Notes under the pieces: generated by a model
Told to the model about the DNA's origin: nothing
Databases searched by the model: none
The model's input: the letters and a program-made list of their open reading frames with translations, nothing else
Position numbers and translations under genes: made by a program
NCBI GenBank assembly: GCA_963760885.1
Contig: CAVXEY010000008.1
Span: forward strand, 255,022-319,021
Direction of reading: 5' to 3'
Length of the DNA stretch: 64,000 nucleotides
Source of the DNA: an uncultured delta proteobacterium
GTDB lineage: Bacteria > Desulfobacterota > Deferrimicrobia > Deferrimicrobiales > Deferrimicrobiaceae
Shown: positions 9,290 through 18,944 of the stretch, piece after piece
Position numbering within the stretch: the first letter of the stretch is position 1
Layout: each line of letters opens with the position of its first letter

Positions 9290-9717
9290 AGCGCCTGATC
9301 GGAGGGCTGTTCGCCGCCTTCGCGCTCCTGATCGTCGCTACGGTCTACATCTCGTATCGCTCCTGGGACGGCCTCGTCGATCGCGGCGTTTCCGAAACGG
9401 CGGGCGGCCTGCGCGGCGCCATCGGCGGACAGGAGGTCCTCCTCTCGATCACCCCATGGCCACCGATCGCGATGCGGGAGGTCGATTTCACCGTGTCCCT
9501 TCCCGGGTATGCGGGGAAAGCCTCCCCCTACGTCGACCTGTCGATGGCGGGGATGGAGATGGGACGGAACCGCGTGGATCTCTCCCGCGGGGACGACGGG
9601 CGATACCACGGCACGGGGGTGTTCGTCCGGTGCCCGAGCGGCAGGCGCGACTGGGAAGCGACGGTGACGGCGCCGGGCGCCGGGAAGGCGGTATTCCGTT
9701 TTGCCGTGGCCGACTGA
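9286..9717 (+). CDS. FixH/CcoH-like small membrane-anchored protein
   Basis: GTG start overlaps the ccoG stop (GTGA). N-terminal TM (LIGGLFAAFALLIVATVYI) is followed by a ~110-aa soluble domain. Position between ccoG and ccoI. Confidence 0.55.
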   Translation: MKRLIGGLFAAFALLIVATVYISYRSWDGLVDRGVSETAGGLRGAIGGQEVLLSITPWPPIAMREVDFTVSLPGYAGKASPYVDLSMAGMEMGRNRVDLSRGDDGRYHGTGVFVRCPSGRRDWEATVTAPGAGKAVFRFAVAD

Positions 9718-10396
9718 CTCCCTCCCGTGGCTACTTTTCGTCACCGGGCTGGTGGGCGGGGCAGGCCATTGCGTCGGGATGTGCGGCCCGCTGGTCGCCG
9801 GGTACGCCATCACGCTGCGGAACCGCGCGGCGACCCTTCCGCACCTCTTCTTCCACATGGGCCGGGTGACCACGTACGGCATCGCGGGGGGAATCGTCGG
9901 GGCGTCGGGCTCCTTCGTCCGCGTCGCGGCGTGGGTCGCCCCCTTCCAGTCGTTCCTCCTCGCCGCGACCGGCGTGCTGATCGCCCTGATGGGGCTTTCG
10001 GTCGGCGGCTGGCTGCCGTGGGCGCGACGGATCGAGGGGAGCGGCCCTTTCCAGGGCGTCCTCGCCGGGGTCGCGCGGCGCGCGGCCGAGGCGGGCGGCC
10101 CGGGCGCCGCCTTCCCCCTCGGTATGGCGACGGGGTTGCTCCCGTGCGGGTTGGTCTACACCGCGCTCCTCTCGGCGGCGCGCTCCGGGATGGAAGGGGG
10201 GTCGCCGGCCGACGGCTTCGTCCGGGGGTTCCTCGCGATGGCCGCCTTCGGGGCGGGAACGTTCCCCGCCCTGTTCCTGTTCGGCAAAGTGGTCGCGGCG
10301 GCGGGGCCGCGCCTGCGCGGGGCGCTGGCGAAGGTCGCGGCCGCCCTCCTCGTCGCCGCCGGGGTGATGTTCGCCGCGCGCGCCCTCCTCCGTTGA
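9701..10396 (+). CDS. DsbD_2/TauE-like polytopic membrane protein with HCxxMCGP metal-binding motif
   Basis: GGAGHCVGMCGPLVAGY motif near the N-terminus, 6-7 TM segments, and a Gly-rich segment. Embedded between the fixH-like gene and ccoI. Confidence 0.5.
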   Translation: MPWPTDSLPWLLFVTGLVGGAGHCVGMCGPLVAGYAITLRNRAATLPHLFFHMGRVTTYGIAGGIVGASGSFVRVAAWVAPFQSFLLAATGVLIALMGLSVGGWLPWARRIEGSGPFQGVLAGVARRAAEAGGPGAAFPLGMATGLLPCGLVYTALLSAARSGMEGGSPADGFVRGFLAMAAFGAGTFPALFLFGKVVAAAGPRLRGALAKVAAALLVAAGVMFAARALLR

Positions 10397-10410
10397 GCGG
10401 GGATCCCGCG

Positions 10411-12816
10411 ATGGCGGTCTGCGCGCACTGCCTCCTGGAGGTGCCGGAGGAGTCCGCGACCCGGGAGACGATCGACGGGAGGGAGACGATCTTCTGCTGC
10501 CCCGGGTGCCGGGCGATCCACGGCCTCCTGCGGTCCGAAGGGTTGACCGGCTTCTACGCCCGGCGTCACGGGTGGACGCCCGGCCCTCCGGAGAGCGCCC
10601 GGGTTCCGATCGAAGCGTTCGACGGGGCCGTCCGCGCCTCGGGCCGGCAGGCCGAGGCGGATCTCGTCCTCTCCGGGATCCGGTGCGCCTCCTGCGTCTG
10701 GCTCATCGAGCGGTATCTCGGGGGGCGGCCCGGCATTCTCTCGACGCGCGTCAATTTCGCCACCGGCAGGGCGCGAATCTCCTGGAATCCGTCGGAAACC
10801 GGGATCGGAGACGTCGTCCTGGCGATCCGCGCCCTCGGGTACACGCCGTATCCCCCCGAATCGCTCCCCGTCGGGGACGCCCTTCGCCGGGAAACGTCGG
10901 ACCTGCTGCTGCGCTTCGGGACCGCGGCGTTCCTTTCGATGCAGGTGATGCTCTTCACCGCGGGGCTCTACGCAGGGTACTTCCAGGGGATCGACGCGCG
11001 GTACGGGCAGCTTTTCCGCTGGCTCTGTTTCCTCCTCGCCACCCCGGTCGTCTTCTACTCCGGAGCGCCCTTCTTCCGTGGCGCCCTCCGCGGGGCGCGC
11101 CACGGGGCGTTCGGGATGGATGCCCTCGTCTTCCTCGGCGCCTTCTCCGCGTACGCCTACAGCACCGTCTCGCTGTTCCTCGGGGGGGAGGTGTATTTCG
11201 ACACGGCGACGATGATCCTGACCCTGATCCTCCTCGGCCGGTACATCGAGGCCGGGGCGCGGTCCCGCGCGGCCGATGGCATCTCCAGGCTCGTGCGGCT
11301 CGCGCCCGTGATGGCCCGGAAGGCGGCATCGGGCGGCGGAGCGGTCGACGTCCCCGTCGCCTCCCTCGCCCCCGGGGATCTCGTGGAGATCGTCCCCGGG
11401 GAACGGATGCCGGTGGACGGGAACGTGGTCGAAGGGAATTCGGAGGCGGACGAATCGATGTTGACCGGGGAGTCGGCCCCCGTGTCCAAACTCGCGGGGG
11501 ACCCGGTCGTCGCCGGGTCGCTGAACGGGACCGGGCGGCTCCTGGTCCGGGTTGTCCGGACCGGAGGGGAGACCGTCCTGTCCCGCGTCGTGCAGGCCGT
11601 GGAGGAGGCGCAGGCGCGAAAGGCCCCGATCCAGCGGACGGCCGATCGCGTGGTCCGCTTCTTCGTGCCGGCGATCCTCCTCATCGCCGCGGGGACGGTT
11701 CTCCTGGGACTTCACGGCGGTTCCCTCCCCCACGCCGCGCTGATGGCGGGGATCTCGGTGCTGGTGATCGCCTGCCCGTGCGCCCTCGGGCTTGCCACGC
11801 CGCTCGCGGTACTCGTGGGAACCACCTCCGCGCAGGCGCGCGGGATCCTGGTCCGCGGCGGGGACGTTCTCGAACAGGCGGCAAGGGTGCGGTGCGTCCT
11901 GTTCGACAAGACGGGGACGCTCACCCTCGGCCGCCCCCGGCTGACCGACGTCGAGGGGATCGGGATCGGACGCGAGGACGCCCTCCGGCTCGCCGCGTCC
12001 CTCGAGGCGTCCTCGGAGCACGCCATCGGACGCGCGATCGCGGATGCGCTTCCGGCCTCCCGGCGCCTTCCGGTCCGGGGGTTCCGGTCGCACCCGGGGG
12101 AAGGGATCGAGGGGGAGATCGACGGGGTGCGCTACCTGCTGGGCAGCCCGGAACTCCTCGCGCGATTCGGGGTCGCCGTGGTCGGGGAGACCTCCCGGGC
12201 GTACGCGGCGCTCTCGGCGAAACGAAGGACCGCGGTCCTCCTCTCCGACGGTTCGAGGCCCCTCGCGCTCCTCGCCACGGAGGACGCCCTCCGGCCGGAG
12301 GCGGCCGGGGCCGTATCCCTCCTGCGGGCCGCGGGGACCGCCGTCGCGATGGTCACGGGGGACGACCCGGGCGTCGCCGCGCGCGTGGCCGGGGAGGCCG
12401 GAATCGGGGAGATCCGCGCCCGCGTCACTCCGGAAGGGAAGCGCGAGGAGGTGCGCCGCGCGCGGGAGCGGTTCGGCCCCGTCCTCGTCGTCGGCGACGG
12501 CGTGAACGACGCCCCCGCCCTCGCGGAGGCGGACGTCGGGATCGCGATGGGACGCGGGACGGGGCTGGCGATCCACAGCGCCGGCGCGACGCTGATGACG
12601 GAGGACCTGCTGCGGATCCCCGCCTTCCTCTCGCTGTCCCGCGCCACGATCCGGGTGATCCGGCAGAACCTGTTCTGGGCATTCTCCTACAACCTGGTGG
12701 CGATACCGCTCGCGGTCGCGGGGAAGCTCCACCCGATCGTCGCCGCGGCCTTCATGGCCGGGAGCTCCCTCGTCGTCGTCGGAAACTCGCTAAGACTGAG
12801 GAAAGGGGGACGGTAG
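10411..12816 (+). CDS. ccoI: Copper-translocating P1B-type ATPase CcoI/FixI
   Basis: N-terminal CxxC metal-binding region, an HMA-like domain, and the phosphorylation site DKTGTLT. Also has the CPC transmembrane motif (IACPCALG) and the GDGVNDAPAL hinge. Confidence 0.9.
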   Translation: MAVCAHCLLEVPEESATRETIDGRETIFCCPGCRAIHGLLRSEGLTGFYARRHGWTPGPPESARVPIEAFDGAVRASGRQAEADLVLSGIRCASCVWLIERYLGGRPGILSTRVNFATGRARISWNPSETGIGDVVLAIRALGYTPYPPESLPVGDALRRETSDLLLRFGTAAFLSMQVMLFTAGLYAGYFQGIDARYGQLFRWLCFLLATPVVFYSGAPFFRGALRGARHGAFGMDALVFLGAFSAYAYSTVSLFLGGEVYFDTATMILTLILLGRYIEAGARSRAADGISRLVRLAPVMARKAASGGGAVDVPVASLAPGDLVEIVPGERMPVDGNVVEGNSEADESMLTGESAPVSKLAGDPVVAGSLNGTGRLLVRVVRTGGETVLSRVVQAVEEAQARKAPIQRTADRVVRFFVPAILLIAAGTVLLGLHGGSLPHAALMAGISVLVIACPCALGLATPLAVLVGTTSAQARGILVRGGDVLEQAARVRCVLFDKTGTLTLGRPRLTDVEGIGIGREDALRLAASLEASSEHAIGRAIADALPASRRLPVRGFRSHPGEGIEGEIDGVRYLLGSPELLARFGVAVVGETSRAYAALSAKRRTAVLLSDGSRPLALLATEDALRPEAAGAVSLLRAAGTAVAMVTGDDPGVAARVAGEAGIGEIRARVTPEGKREEVRRARERFGPVLVVGDGVNDAPALAEADVGIAMGRGTGLAIHSAGATLMTEDLLRIPAFLSLSRATIRVIRQNLFWAFSYNLVAIPLAVAGKLHPIVAAAFMAGSSLVVVGNSLRLRKGGR

Positions 12817-12818
12817 TC

Positions 12819-12974
12819 GTGTGGACGATGCTCCTGCTGATCGCCGTGTCGCTGGCGCTGGGATTCGCCGCCTGGCTCCTCTTCCTGTGGGCGGTGAAGA
12901 GCGACCAGTACGACGACGTGGAGCGTCCCAAGCACCGTATGCTCGACGACGACCCGGAGGACCGTGACCGCTGA
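12819..12974 (+). CDS. ccoS: CcoS/FixS cbb3 maturation protein (about 51 aa)
   Basis: Translation is VWTMLLLIAVSLALGFAAWLLFLWAVKSDQYDDVERPKHRMLDDDPEDRDR. GTG start lies 7 nt after the RBS GGAAAGGGGGA. An alternative ATG start is at 12828. Confidence 0.7.
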   Translation: MWTMLLLIAVSLALGFAAWLLFLWAVKSDQYDDVERPKHRMLDDDPEDRDR

Positions 12975-13060
12975 CGAACGGGTTCGGAGTGCCGGTCCGG
13001 AAACTCATCGGCGGTGAAAGGACACTAATGGCATATGCCGAACGTGAAAGGGGAGAACGG

Positions 13061-14074
13061 ATGAAAGCAGCCGTGTGTGAGGTCTTCGGGAAACCGCTCA
13101 AGATCCGGGAAGTGCCGACCCCCTCCCCCGGTCCCGGGGAGCTTCTGATCCGGGTCCACGGGTGCGGGGTCTGTCACAGCGACCTTCACCTGGTCGACGG
13201 GGACTGGGCGGCGTGGGGTACCCCCCTTCCGATCATCCCCGGCCACGAGGTGACCGGCATCGTGGAAGGGATCGGCGACGGCGTGACCGGGTTCGCCCCG
13301 GGCGACCGCGCGGGAGTGCCGTGGATGCAGTACGCCTGCGGGCGGTGCGCCCCCTGCAAGGCCGGGGCGGAGATGCTGTGCGCGGCCCAGCGGAGCACCG
13401 GGGTGACGGTGAACGGCGGCTACGCCGAGTACGTTTCCGCGCCGGAGGCGTTCGTCCACAAGATCCCCGACGGGCTGGACCTGGTGGAGGCGGCCCCCCT
13501 GCTCTGCGCGGGGATCACGGTGTTCGCCCCGCTGCGGCGCGCGGGGAACCTCGCCGGGAAGACCGTCGCGGTGGCCGGGATCGGGGGCCTGGGGCATCTC
13601 GGCGTCCGGATGGCGGCTGCGATGGGCGCCCACGTGGTCGCCATCCTTCGGGGACCGGGGAAGGCGGATCTCGCCCGCTCCCTCGGAGCCGACGACGTCA
13701 TCGACTCGGAGGGGGAGAAGATCGGCCCTGCGTTGACGTTGATGGGCGGCGCCGACATCATCCTCCTCACCGGGATCTCCGCCCGGCTCTTCGAGGAGTG
13801 CATCCCGGGGCTGGGGCCGAACGGGACGCTGGTGATCCTCGCGGCGATCGCGGAGAACGCCTCGATCCTCCCGGCGGGGATCCTCATGGGGCAGAAGCGG
13901 ATCGTCGGATCGCTGATCGGCACCCGGGACGACATGGACGCGATGCTCCGGTTCTGCGCCGACCACGGCATCCGGTCGATGGTGGAGCGCCACCCCCTCT
14001 CCGCGGTCAACGGGGTGCTCGGGAAGTTGCGCGAGGGCAAGGTCCGCCTGCGGGCGGTGCTCACGCCGGGATGA
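13061..14074 (+). CDS. Zinc-dependent alcohol dehydrogenase (MDR family)
   Basis: Carries GHE, the structural-Zn cysteines CGVCHSD...C..C..C, and the Rossmann motif GIGGLGH. RBS GGGGAG precedes ATG 13061. Confidence 0.9.
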   Translation: MKAAVCEVFGKPLKIREVPTPSPGPGELLIRVHGCGVCHSDLHLVDGDWAAWGTPLPIIPGHEVTGIVEGIGDGVTGFAPGDRAGVPWMQYACGRCAPCKAGAEMLCAAQRSTGVTVNGGYAEYVSAPEAFVHKIPDGLDLVEAAPLLCAGITVFAPLRRAGNLAGKTVAVAGIGGLGHLGVRMAAAMGAHVVAILRGPGKADLARSLGADDVIDSEGEKIGPALTLMGGADIILLTGISARLFEECIPGLGPNGTLVILAAIAENASILPAGILMGQKRIVGSLIGTRDDMDAMLRFCADHGIRSMVERHPLSAVNGVLGKLREGKVRLRAVLTPG

Positions 14075-14088
14075 CGTTTGCGCTCCGA

Positions 14089-14447
14089 TTCGTATTCCCG
14101 GCAACATAAGCGGAGGCGCATGTATCTCCGAGGGGAGCTTCCTCTCTACTCCGCCGATTCCGCCTCCCCTTCCGTGGGATTCCCCTCCCTCGCTACGCTC
14201 ACCGGACGTCCCTGTCCGGCTCGCTGGCACCTCCCCGGCCTCCCGCCGTCCTGGCTCCGGGCCGCTCCTAGCGGATGCCTGCGCCCGCGGAGTTGGCCAT
14301 CCAAGGCGGTCGACGATCCGTAGCGGAGAGGAAGCCTCCCGCGAGGAACCCTGCGTATCAGTACCCCGAAGGCGCATCGTAGCGAGGAAGGGAGTATCCC
14401 GCGGAGAAAGAGGCGCCTCCTTTTATGTTGCCACAATCACGTAATGT
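14089..14447. mobile_element. MITE-like repeat element copy A (~340 bp) with terminal inverted repeats GGCAACAT...ATGTTGCC and an internal GA-rich inverted-repeat core
   Basis: Seen in sequence: an 8-bp perfect TIR at 14101-14108 and 14425-14432. Internal arms (cgcctcccc...cctcgctacg versus cgtagcgagg...gaggcgcctcc) are inverted copies of each other. Core motifs are shared with copies B and C. Confidence 0.55.
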
Positions 14448-14452
14448 CGCAT

Positions 14453-15685
14453 TCAGCGGACTGTGAGGACGGCCAGCGCTTCCACGTGGTGGGTGTTGGG
14501 GAAGAAGTCGTGCATCTCGAGCGCGGCGAGATCGTACCGGTCCGACAGGGAGCGGACGTCCCTCGCCAGGGTCGCCGGGTCGCACGAGACGTAGAGGACG
14601 TTCCCGGCGGCGATCTCCCGGACCCGCGCCATCGCGCGATCCGAAAGGCCCGCCCGCGGCGGGTCGAGAACCAGCGCGTCGAACCGCCCTTCCGGCCGGA
14701 ACGCCTCCACGCTCGAACGGACGATCCGCACGTTCCCGAGGGCGTTCTCCCGAACGTTCCCGCGCAACTCCCGGAACGACCGCGCCTCCCCTTCGACCGC
14801 GACGACCTCCCGGACCCTTGCCGCCAGGGGAAGCGCGAAGTTCCCGGCGCCCGCGTAGAGGTCGAGAAGCCGCGCTTCCGCGGACACCCCGAGGTCCCCG
14901 AGGATCGCATCGATCCGGCGCACCATCGCCCGGTTCATCCGCCAGTTCGCCTGGAAGAAGCCGCGGGGCGAGACGGAGTACGATATCCCGTCCAGCGGGA
15001 GAGTGATCCGCTCCTCCCCCCACGAACGATCCTCGAATCGCGCGCCGGAGAGCACGCCCCCGGTCCGTCCCGAGAGGTGCTCGACCATCCCGGCCCCGAA
15101 CGGGACCCCGGGAAAGGAGGCGGACACCCGGACCCCGTCGCTGGCCACCTGGACCTCGGAGACCCTCGCGAAGGGGCCGAGCCCGCGCAAACCGGGGAGG
15201 ACGGCGTTGATCGCGTCGATCATCAGCGGGCAGCGGGATATCGCCACGAGGCGATGGGAGTGCGGGGCGTGGAACCCGACCGCCTCCCCATCCACCCGGA
15301 ATCTCCCGCGGTGCCGGTACCCGAACGGCTCCAGCGGGGGGGCGATCTCCGGCGCGACGTCCGTCTTTCCGATCCGGCGGAACGCCTCCCGCAGGATCTC
15401 CCGCTTCATCTCGAGCTGGTACGGGTAGTCCGCGTGCTGCAGCTGGCATCCCCCGCACTCCCCGAACACCTCGCACGGCGGGTCCACGCGATGCGGCGAG
15501 GGGGACAAGACCTCCACCGCATCGGCGAAGGCGTACTCCCGCCTCTTCCCGACGAGTCGCACCGAGACGACCTCTCCCGGGAGGGCCCACCGGACGAAGA
15601 GGACTCCCATCCCCTCCGGACGCGCGAGGGCGTATCCCCCGTGCACCGGCGCGCCCGTCGTCACCGTCATCAGACCTTCCGCCAA
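14453..15685 (-). CDS. rlmD: 23S rRNA (uracil-C5)-methyltransferase RlmD/RumA family (TRAM + 4Fe-4S + SAM MTase)
   Basis: TRAM-like N-terminus, Cys cluster (C...CGGCQ), the SAM motif LDLYAGAGNF, and the catalytic region VLYVSCDPATL. Start is TTG 15685 with a GGAGG RBS; an alternative ATG is at 15670. Confidence 0.85.
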   Translation of the reverse strand: MAEGLMTVTTGAPVHGGYALARPEGMGVLFVRWALPGEVVSVRLVGKRREYAFADAVEVLSPSPHRVDPPCEVFGECGGCQLQHADYPYQLEMKREILREAFRRIGKTDVAPEIAPPLEPFGYRHRGRFRVDGEAVGFHAPHSHRLVAISRCPLMIDAINAVLPGLRGLGPFARVSEVQVASDGVRVSASFPGVPFGAGMVEHLSGRTGGVLSGARFEDRSWGEERITLPLDGISYSVSPRGFFQANWRMNRAMVRRIDAILGDLGVSAEARLLDLYAGAGNFALPLAARVREVVAVEGEARSFRELRGNVRENALGNVRIVRSSVEAFRPEGRFDALVLDPPRAGLSDRAMARVREIAAGNVLYVSCDPATLARDVRSLSDRYDLAALEMHDFFPNTHHVEALAVLTVR

Positions 15686-15707
15686 CCAGAGCCTCCGCAG
15701 GGCTGTG

Positions 15708-15925
15708 TTTCACAAGTACGGCAACGTATCAAGTCGGGGACGCAGGCGCAGCGGAGGGGGCCTCGCAGCGGCGTCTGGAGCGAGTGGAGACATGGACGTC
15801 GGGAACGAGCGGAGGCGCAGGCGACGAGACCATGGAAGGTCGAGGAGCCGTAGCGGAGAGGAAGCCCCACGCGAGCCCGAAGTCCCGCTCCCCAACGATA
15901 ACATGTTACCGTAATGTTAATTGAA
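15708..15925. mobile_element. MITE-like repeat element copy B (~215 bp), same family as copy A
   Basis: Left end TTTCACAAGTACGGCAACGT and right end ACATGTTACCGTAATGTTAATTGAA are imperfect inverted repeats. It shares gcggaggcgcagg and gaccatggaaggtcgaggagccgtagcggagaggaagcc with copy A. Confidence 0.5.
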
Positions 15926-15947
15926 TCACTACATCAGGAGGGTGCGC

Positions 15948-18944
15948 ATGCGGCCCGACGCCGAACACCGAATGGATCGGGATGTTCTCCGGAGCCTCCG
16001 GGCCACCTGCGGCGACGCGAGGGCGAATCTCGCGTGGCTCCACGCCAGCATGGCGCCGATCTTCTTCCACGCGATGCGGGAGGAGCCGGAGGCGGTCGCG
16101 TCCCTGTGCCTTCACCTGCGGGACCTCTCCCGGAACCGGCACCTCGTCCTCGCCGACCGGGAGAAGGAAATCATGCTCGGGCGCCTCTCCGTGCCCGGCT
16201 CCCTGTACGAGACGCTGCGGTTTCTCGGCTCCCGCGAGATCTCCTACGCGGAGATCGCCCACTCGTATTCGAACGTCCCGGGGGCGGACAAGGAACTCGA
16301 GTTCCAGCGGTACGAGTTCGACCGGAAAGCGGAGTCCGAGATCTCCGTGGCGGAGGACCCCGGAATTCCGGACCGGGTCCGGCGTGGCATCTTCGCTTCC
16401 CTGCGAAGCTTCTCCCCCCAGGTCCCTTCGTCGGGCCGGGAGGATCTCCTGCGCATGCTGTGGCTCAACAACCCCGGATACGTCCGCCTCTCCCCGCCGG
16501 AGCGCGTGGCCCGGATCCTGTGGCTCCTCCACCAGGCAAGGAGCCACATGGGGATCCACATCGGCGTGGAGGAAGCCAAAACGGTGGGAGGCGAGGGAAA
16601 CCGGGAAAGCCGCGTTTACTTCTCCGTCGGGAACCCGCCGCAGAAGGACCACCTGCTCCAGGTGATGGAAGTGTTCAACCGGCTCAACCTCGGCGTCCGG
16701 CGCGCGTACACCCTGACGATCTCCACCGGCTCCTTCCCCTACTTCCTCGGGACGTTCTACGTGATCCGCCGCGAGGGGGGACTCCTCGCGAAAGATTCCC
16801 CCCTCTTCCGCCGGCTGTGCCGCGAACTCTACAACACGCAGATCCTGGCCACCGGCTCGGAGGTGTACCGGGAGTTCGTCCTCGCGCGCCTGATGACGGG
16901 GGACGAGGCGTCGCTCGTGAACGCCTTCATCGGCTTCTGCCACACGAGCCTCGCCCACAACCAGTCCCACCGCTTCACCCTCGAGGACGTTTCCCGGGCG
17001 TTCCACTCCCACCCCGACATCGCGCTCCAGCTCACGCGCCTCTTCGAGCTGCGGTTCGACCCGGAGATCGCCGACCGGGCGCCTGCCTACGAAGCGGCGC
17101 TCGCGGCGGCGTTGACGGAGATCGAGGAGTACAACACGGGCCATCGGCAGCTGGACGAGTTCCGCCGCACGATCTTCCGGACCGCCCTCTCCTTCGTCCG
17201 CCGGACGCTCAAGACGAACTTCTTCGTCCCGGAGAAGCACGCGCTCTCCTTCCGCCTCGACCCGTTGTTCCTCGACGATCTCGGTACGGAATTCACCTCG
17301 GACCTTCCCGCGGGCCGGCCCTTCCGGGTCACCTACTTCTTCGGGCGCAACGGCCTCGGGTACCACATCGGCTTCTCCGACATCGCCCGCGGGGGGTGGC
17401 GGACCCTGTTCACCCGAACCCGCGACGACTACGTCACGGTGGCGAACACCCTGTTCCGCGAAAACTACGTCCTCGCCCACACGCAGCACCTGAAGAACAA
17501 GGACATCTACGAGGGCGGCTCGAAGATGGTGGTGGTGATCAACGCGCCGGACCTCCAGACGAAGGACCGGATGAACCGGCGGCTCCACAAGGTCCAGTAC
17601 GCCTTCATCAACGCCTTCCTCGACATCTTCGTCACGGAAAACGGGAGGGCGAAGGATCCGAGGGTGGTCGACTATTACGGCGAGGACGAACCGATCGAAC
17701 TGGGGCCCGACGAGAACATGCACGACGAGATGATCGAGACGATCGCGGAGCTTTCCCTCCGGAGGGGGTACATGCTCGGGATCGGCATCATGTCGAGCAA
17801 GCGGATCGGGATCAACCACAAGGAGTACGGCGTCACCTCGACCGGGGTGGTGAAATTCGCCGAGATCGCCATGCGCGAGATGGGCGTGGACATCCGGACC
17901 GATCCGTTTTCCGTGAAGTTCACCGGGGGGCCGAACGGGGACGTGGCCGGGAACGCCATGCGCATCCTCCTCGACCGGTGCCCGAAGGCGGCGATCCGGC
18001 TGATCCTCGACGGCACCGGGGCCCTCTGCGATCCGACCGGGATCGACCGCGGCGAGCTCTCCCGGATCGTCCTTCAAGGCGACGTCGAGGCGTTCCGCCC
18101 CGAGAAGCTCCACCCCGGGGGATTTCTCCTCTACAGGAACGAGCGGCGCACGGAGGGGCTGCGGGAACTGTACAAGCGGATGGACCGGACCGAGGCGGGG
18201 GTCGTTCCGTCGTGGGTCACGGTGGACGAGTTCAACAAGGAGACCGACGGGCTCCTCTTCTCCGTCCCCGCCGACCTCTTCCTCCCGGCGGGGGGACGAC
18301 CCGAAACGGTGGACGCCACGAACTGGAAGCGCTTCTTCGGTGCGGACGGCGCCCCCACGGCCCGCGTGATCGTGGAGGGGGCGAACTCCTTTTTCACCCC
18401 GGAGGCCCGGACGGAGCTGCAGAAACGGGGCATCGTGATCCTCCGGGACGCATCCGCGAACAAGTGCGGCGTCATCTCCTCCTCCTACGAGATCATCGGC
18501 AACCTGCTGATGACCGGGAAGGAGTTCCTCGCGCACAAGGAGGAGTACGTCCGGGACGTGCTGGAGATCCTCGAAAAACGGGCGGAGGACGAGGCGCTTC
18601 TCATCTTCCGGCGAAAGCGGGAAGCGGGGGCGTCGCTGTCGTACACGGAGATCTCCGACGCGATCAGCGTGGAGATCAACGGCCACTACGCCCGGATGTT
18701 CGATTTCTTCCGGTCGCGGCCCGCCTTGGCCCAGTCGCCCCCGTTCCGCCGCGCGCTCCTGTCGCACCTTCCGCGGTTCCTGAGCGGGAACGCCAGGTTT
18801 CGCCGCCGGATCCCCCGGCTCCCCGCCAAGTACCGGTTCGCGATCCTCGCGAGCGAGATCGCGTCGACGATCGTCTACCGGGGCGGGTTCGAGCGGAACC
18901 TCGAAGGGGACCTGAACCGGTACGCGGAAAAGATGTTTCCCTGA
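15948..18944 (+). CDS. Large NAD-specific glutamate dehydrogenase (about 1000 aa, 115-kDa class)
   Basis: The size matches the large bacterial NAD-GDH family; its central region has the Glu/Leu/Phe/Val dehydrogenase-like fold. Start is ATG 15948, 5 nt after AGGAGGG. Confidence 0.7.
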   Translation: MRPDAEHRMDRDVLRSLRATCGDARANLAWLHASMAPIFFHAMREEPEAVASLCLHLRDLSRNRHLVLADREKEIMLGRLSVPGSLYETLRFLGSREISYAEIAHSYSNVPGADKELEFQRYEFDRKAESEISVAEDPGIPDRVRRGIFASLRSFSPQVPSSGREDLLRMLWLNNPGYVRLSPPERVARILWLLHQARSHMGIHIGVEEAKTVGGEGNRESRVYFSVGNPPQKDHLLQVMEVFNRLNLGVRRAYTLTISTGSFPYFLGTFYVIRREGGLLAKDSPLFRRLCRELYNTQILATGSEVYREFVLARLMTGDEASLVNAFIGFCHTSLAHNQSHRFTLEDVSRAFHSHPDIALQLTRLFELRFDPEIADRAPAYEAALAAALTEIEEYNTGHRQLDEFRRTIFRTALSFVRRTLKTNFFVPEKHALSFRLDPLFLDDLGTEFTSDLPAGRPFRVTYFFGRNGLGYHIGFSDIARGGWRTLFTRTRDDYVTVANTLFRENYVLAHTQHLKNKDIYEGGSKMVVVINAPDLQTKDRMNRRLHKVQYAFINAFLDIFVTENGRAKDPRVVDYYGEDEPIELGPDENMHDEMIETIAELSLRRGYMLGIGIMSSKRIGINHKEYGVTSTGVVKFAEIAMREMGVDIRTDPFSVKFTGGPNGDVAGNAMRILLDRCPKAAIRLILDGTGALCDPTGIDRGELSRIVLQGDVEAFRPEKLHPGGFLLYRNERRTEGLRELYKRMDRTEAGVVPSWVTVDEFNKETDGLLFSVPADLFLPAGGRPETVDATNWKRFFGADGAPTARVIVEGANSFFTPEARTELQKRGIVILRDASANKCGVISSSYEIIGNLLMTGKEFLAHKEEYVRDVLEILEKRAEDEALLIFRRKREAGASLSYTEISDAISVEINGHYARMFDFFRSRPALAQSPPFRRALLSHLPRFLSGNARFRRRIPRLPAKYRFAILASEIASTIVYRGGFERNLEGDLNRYAEKMFP

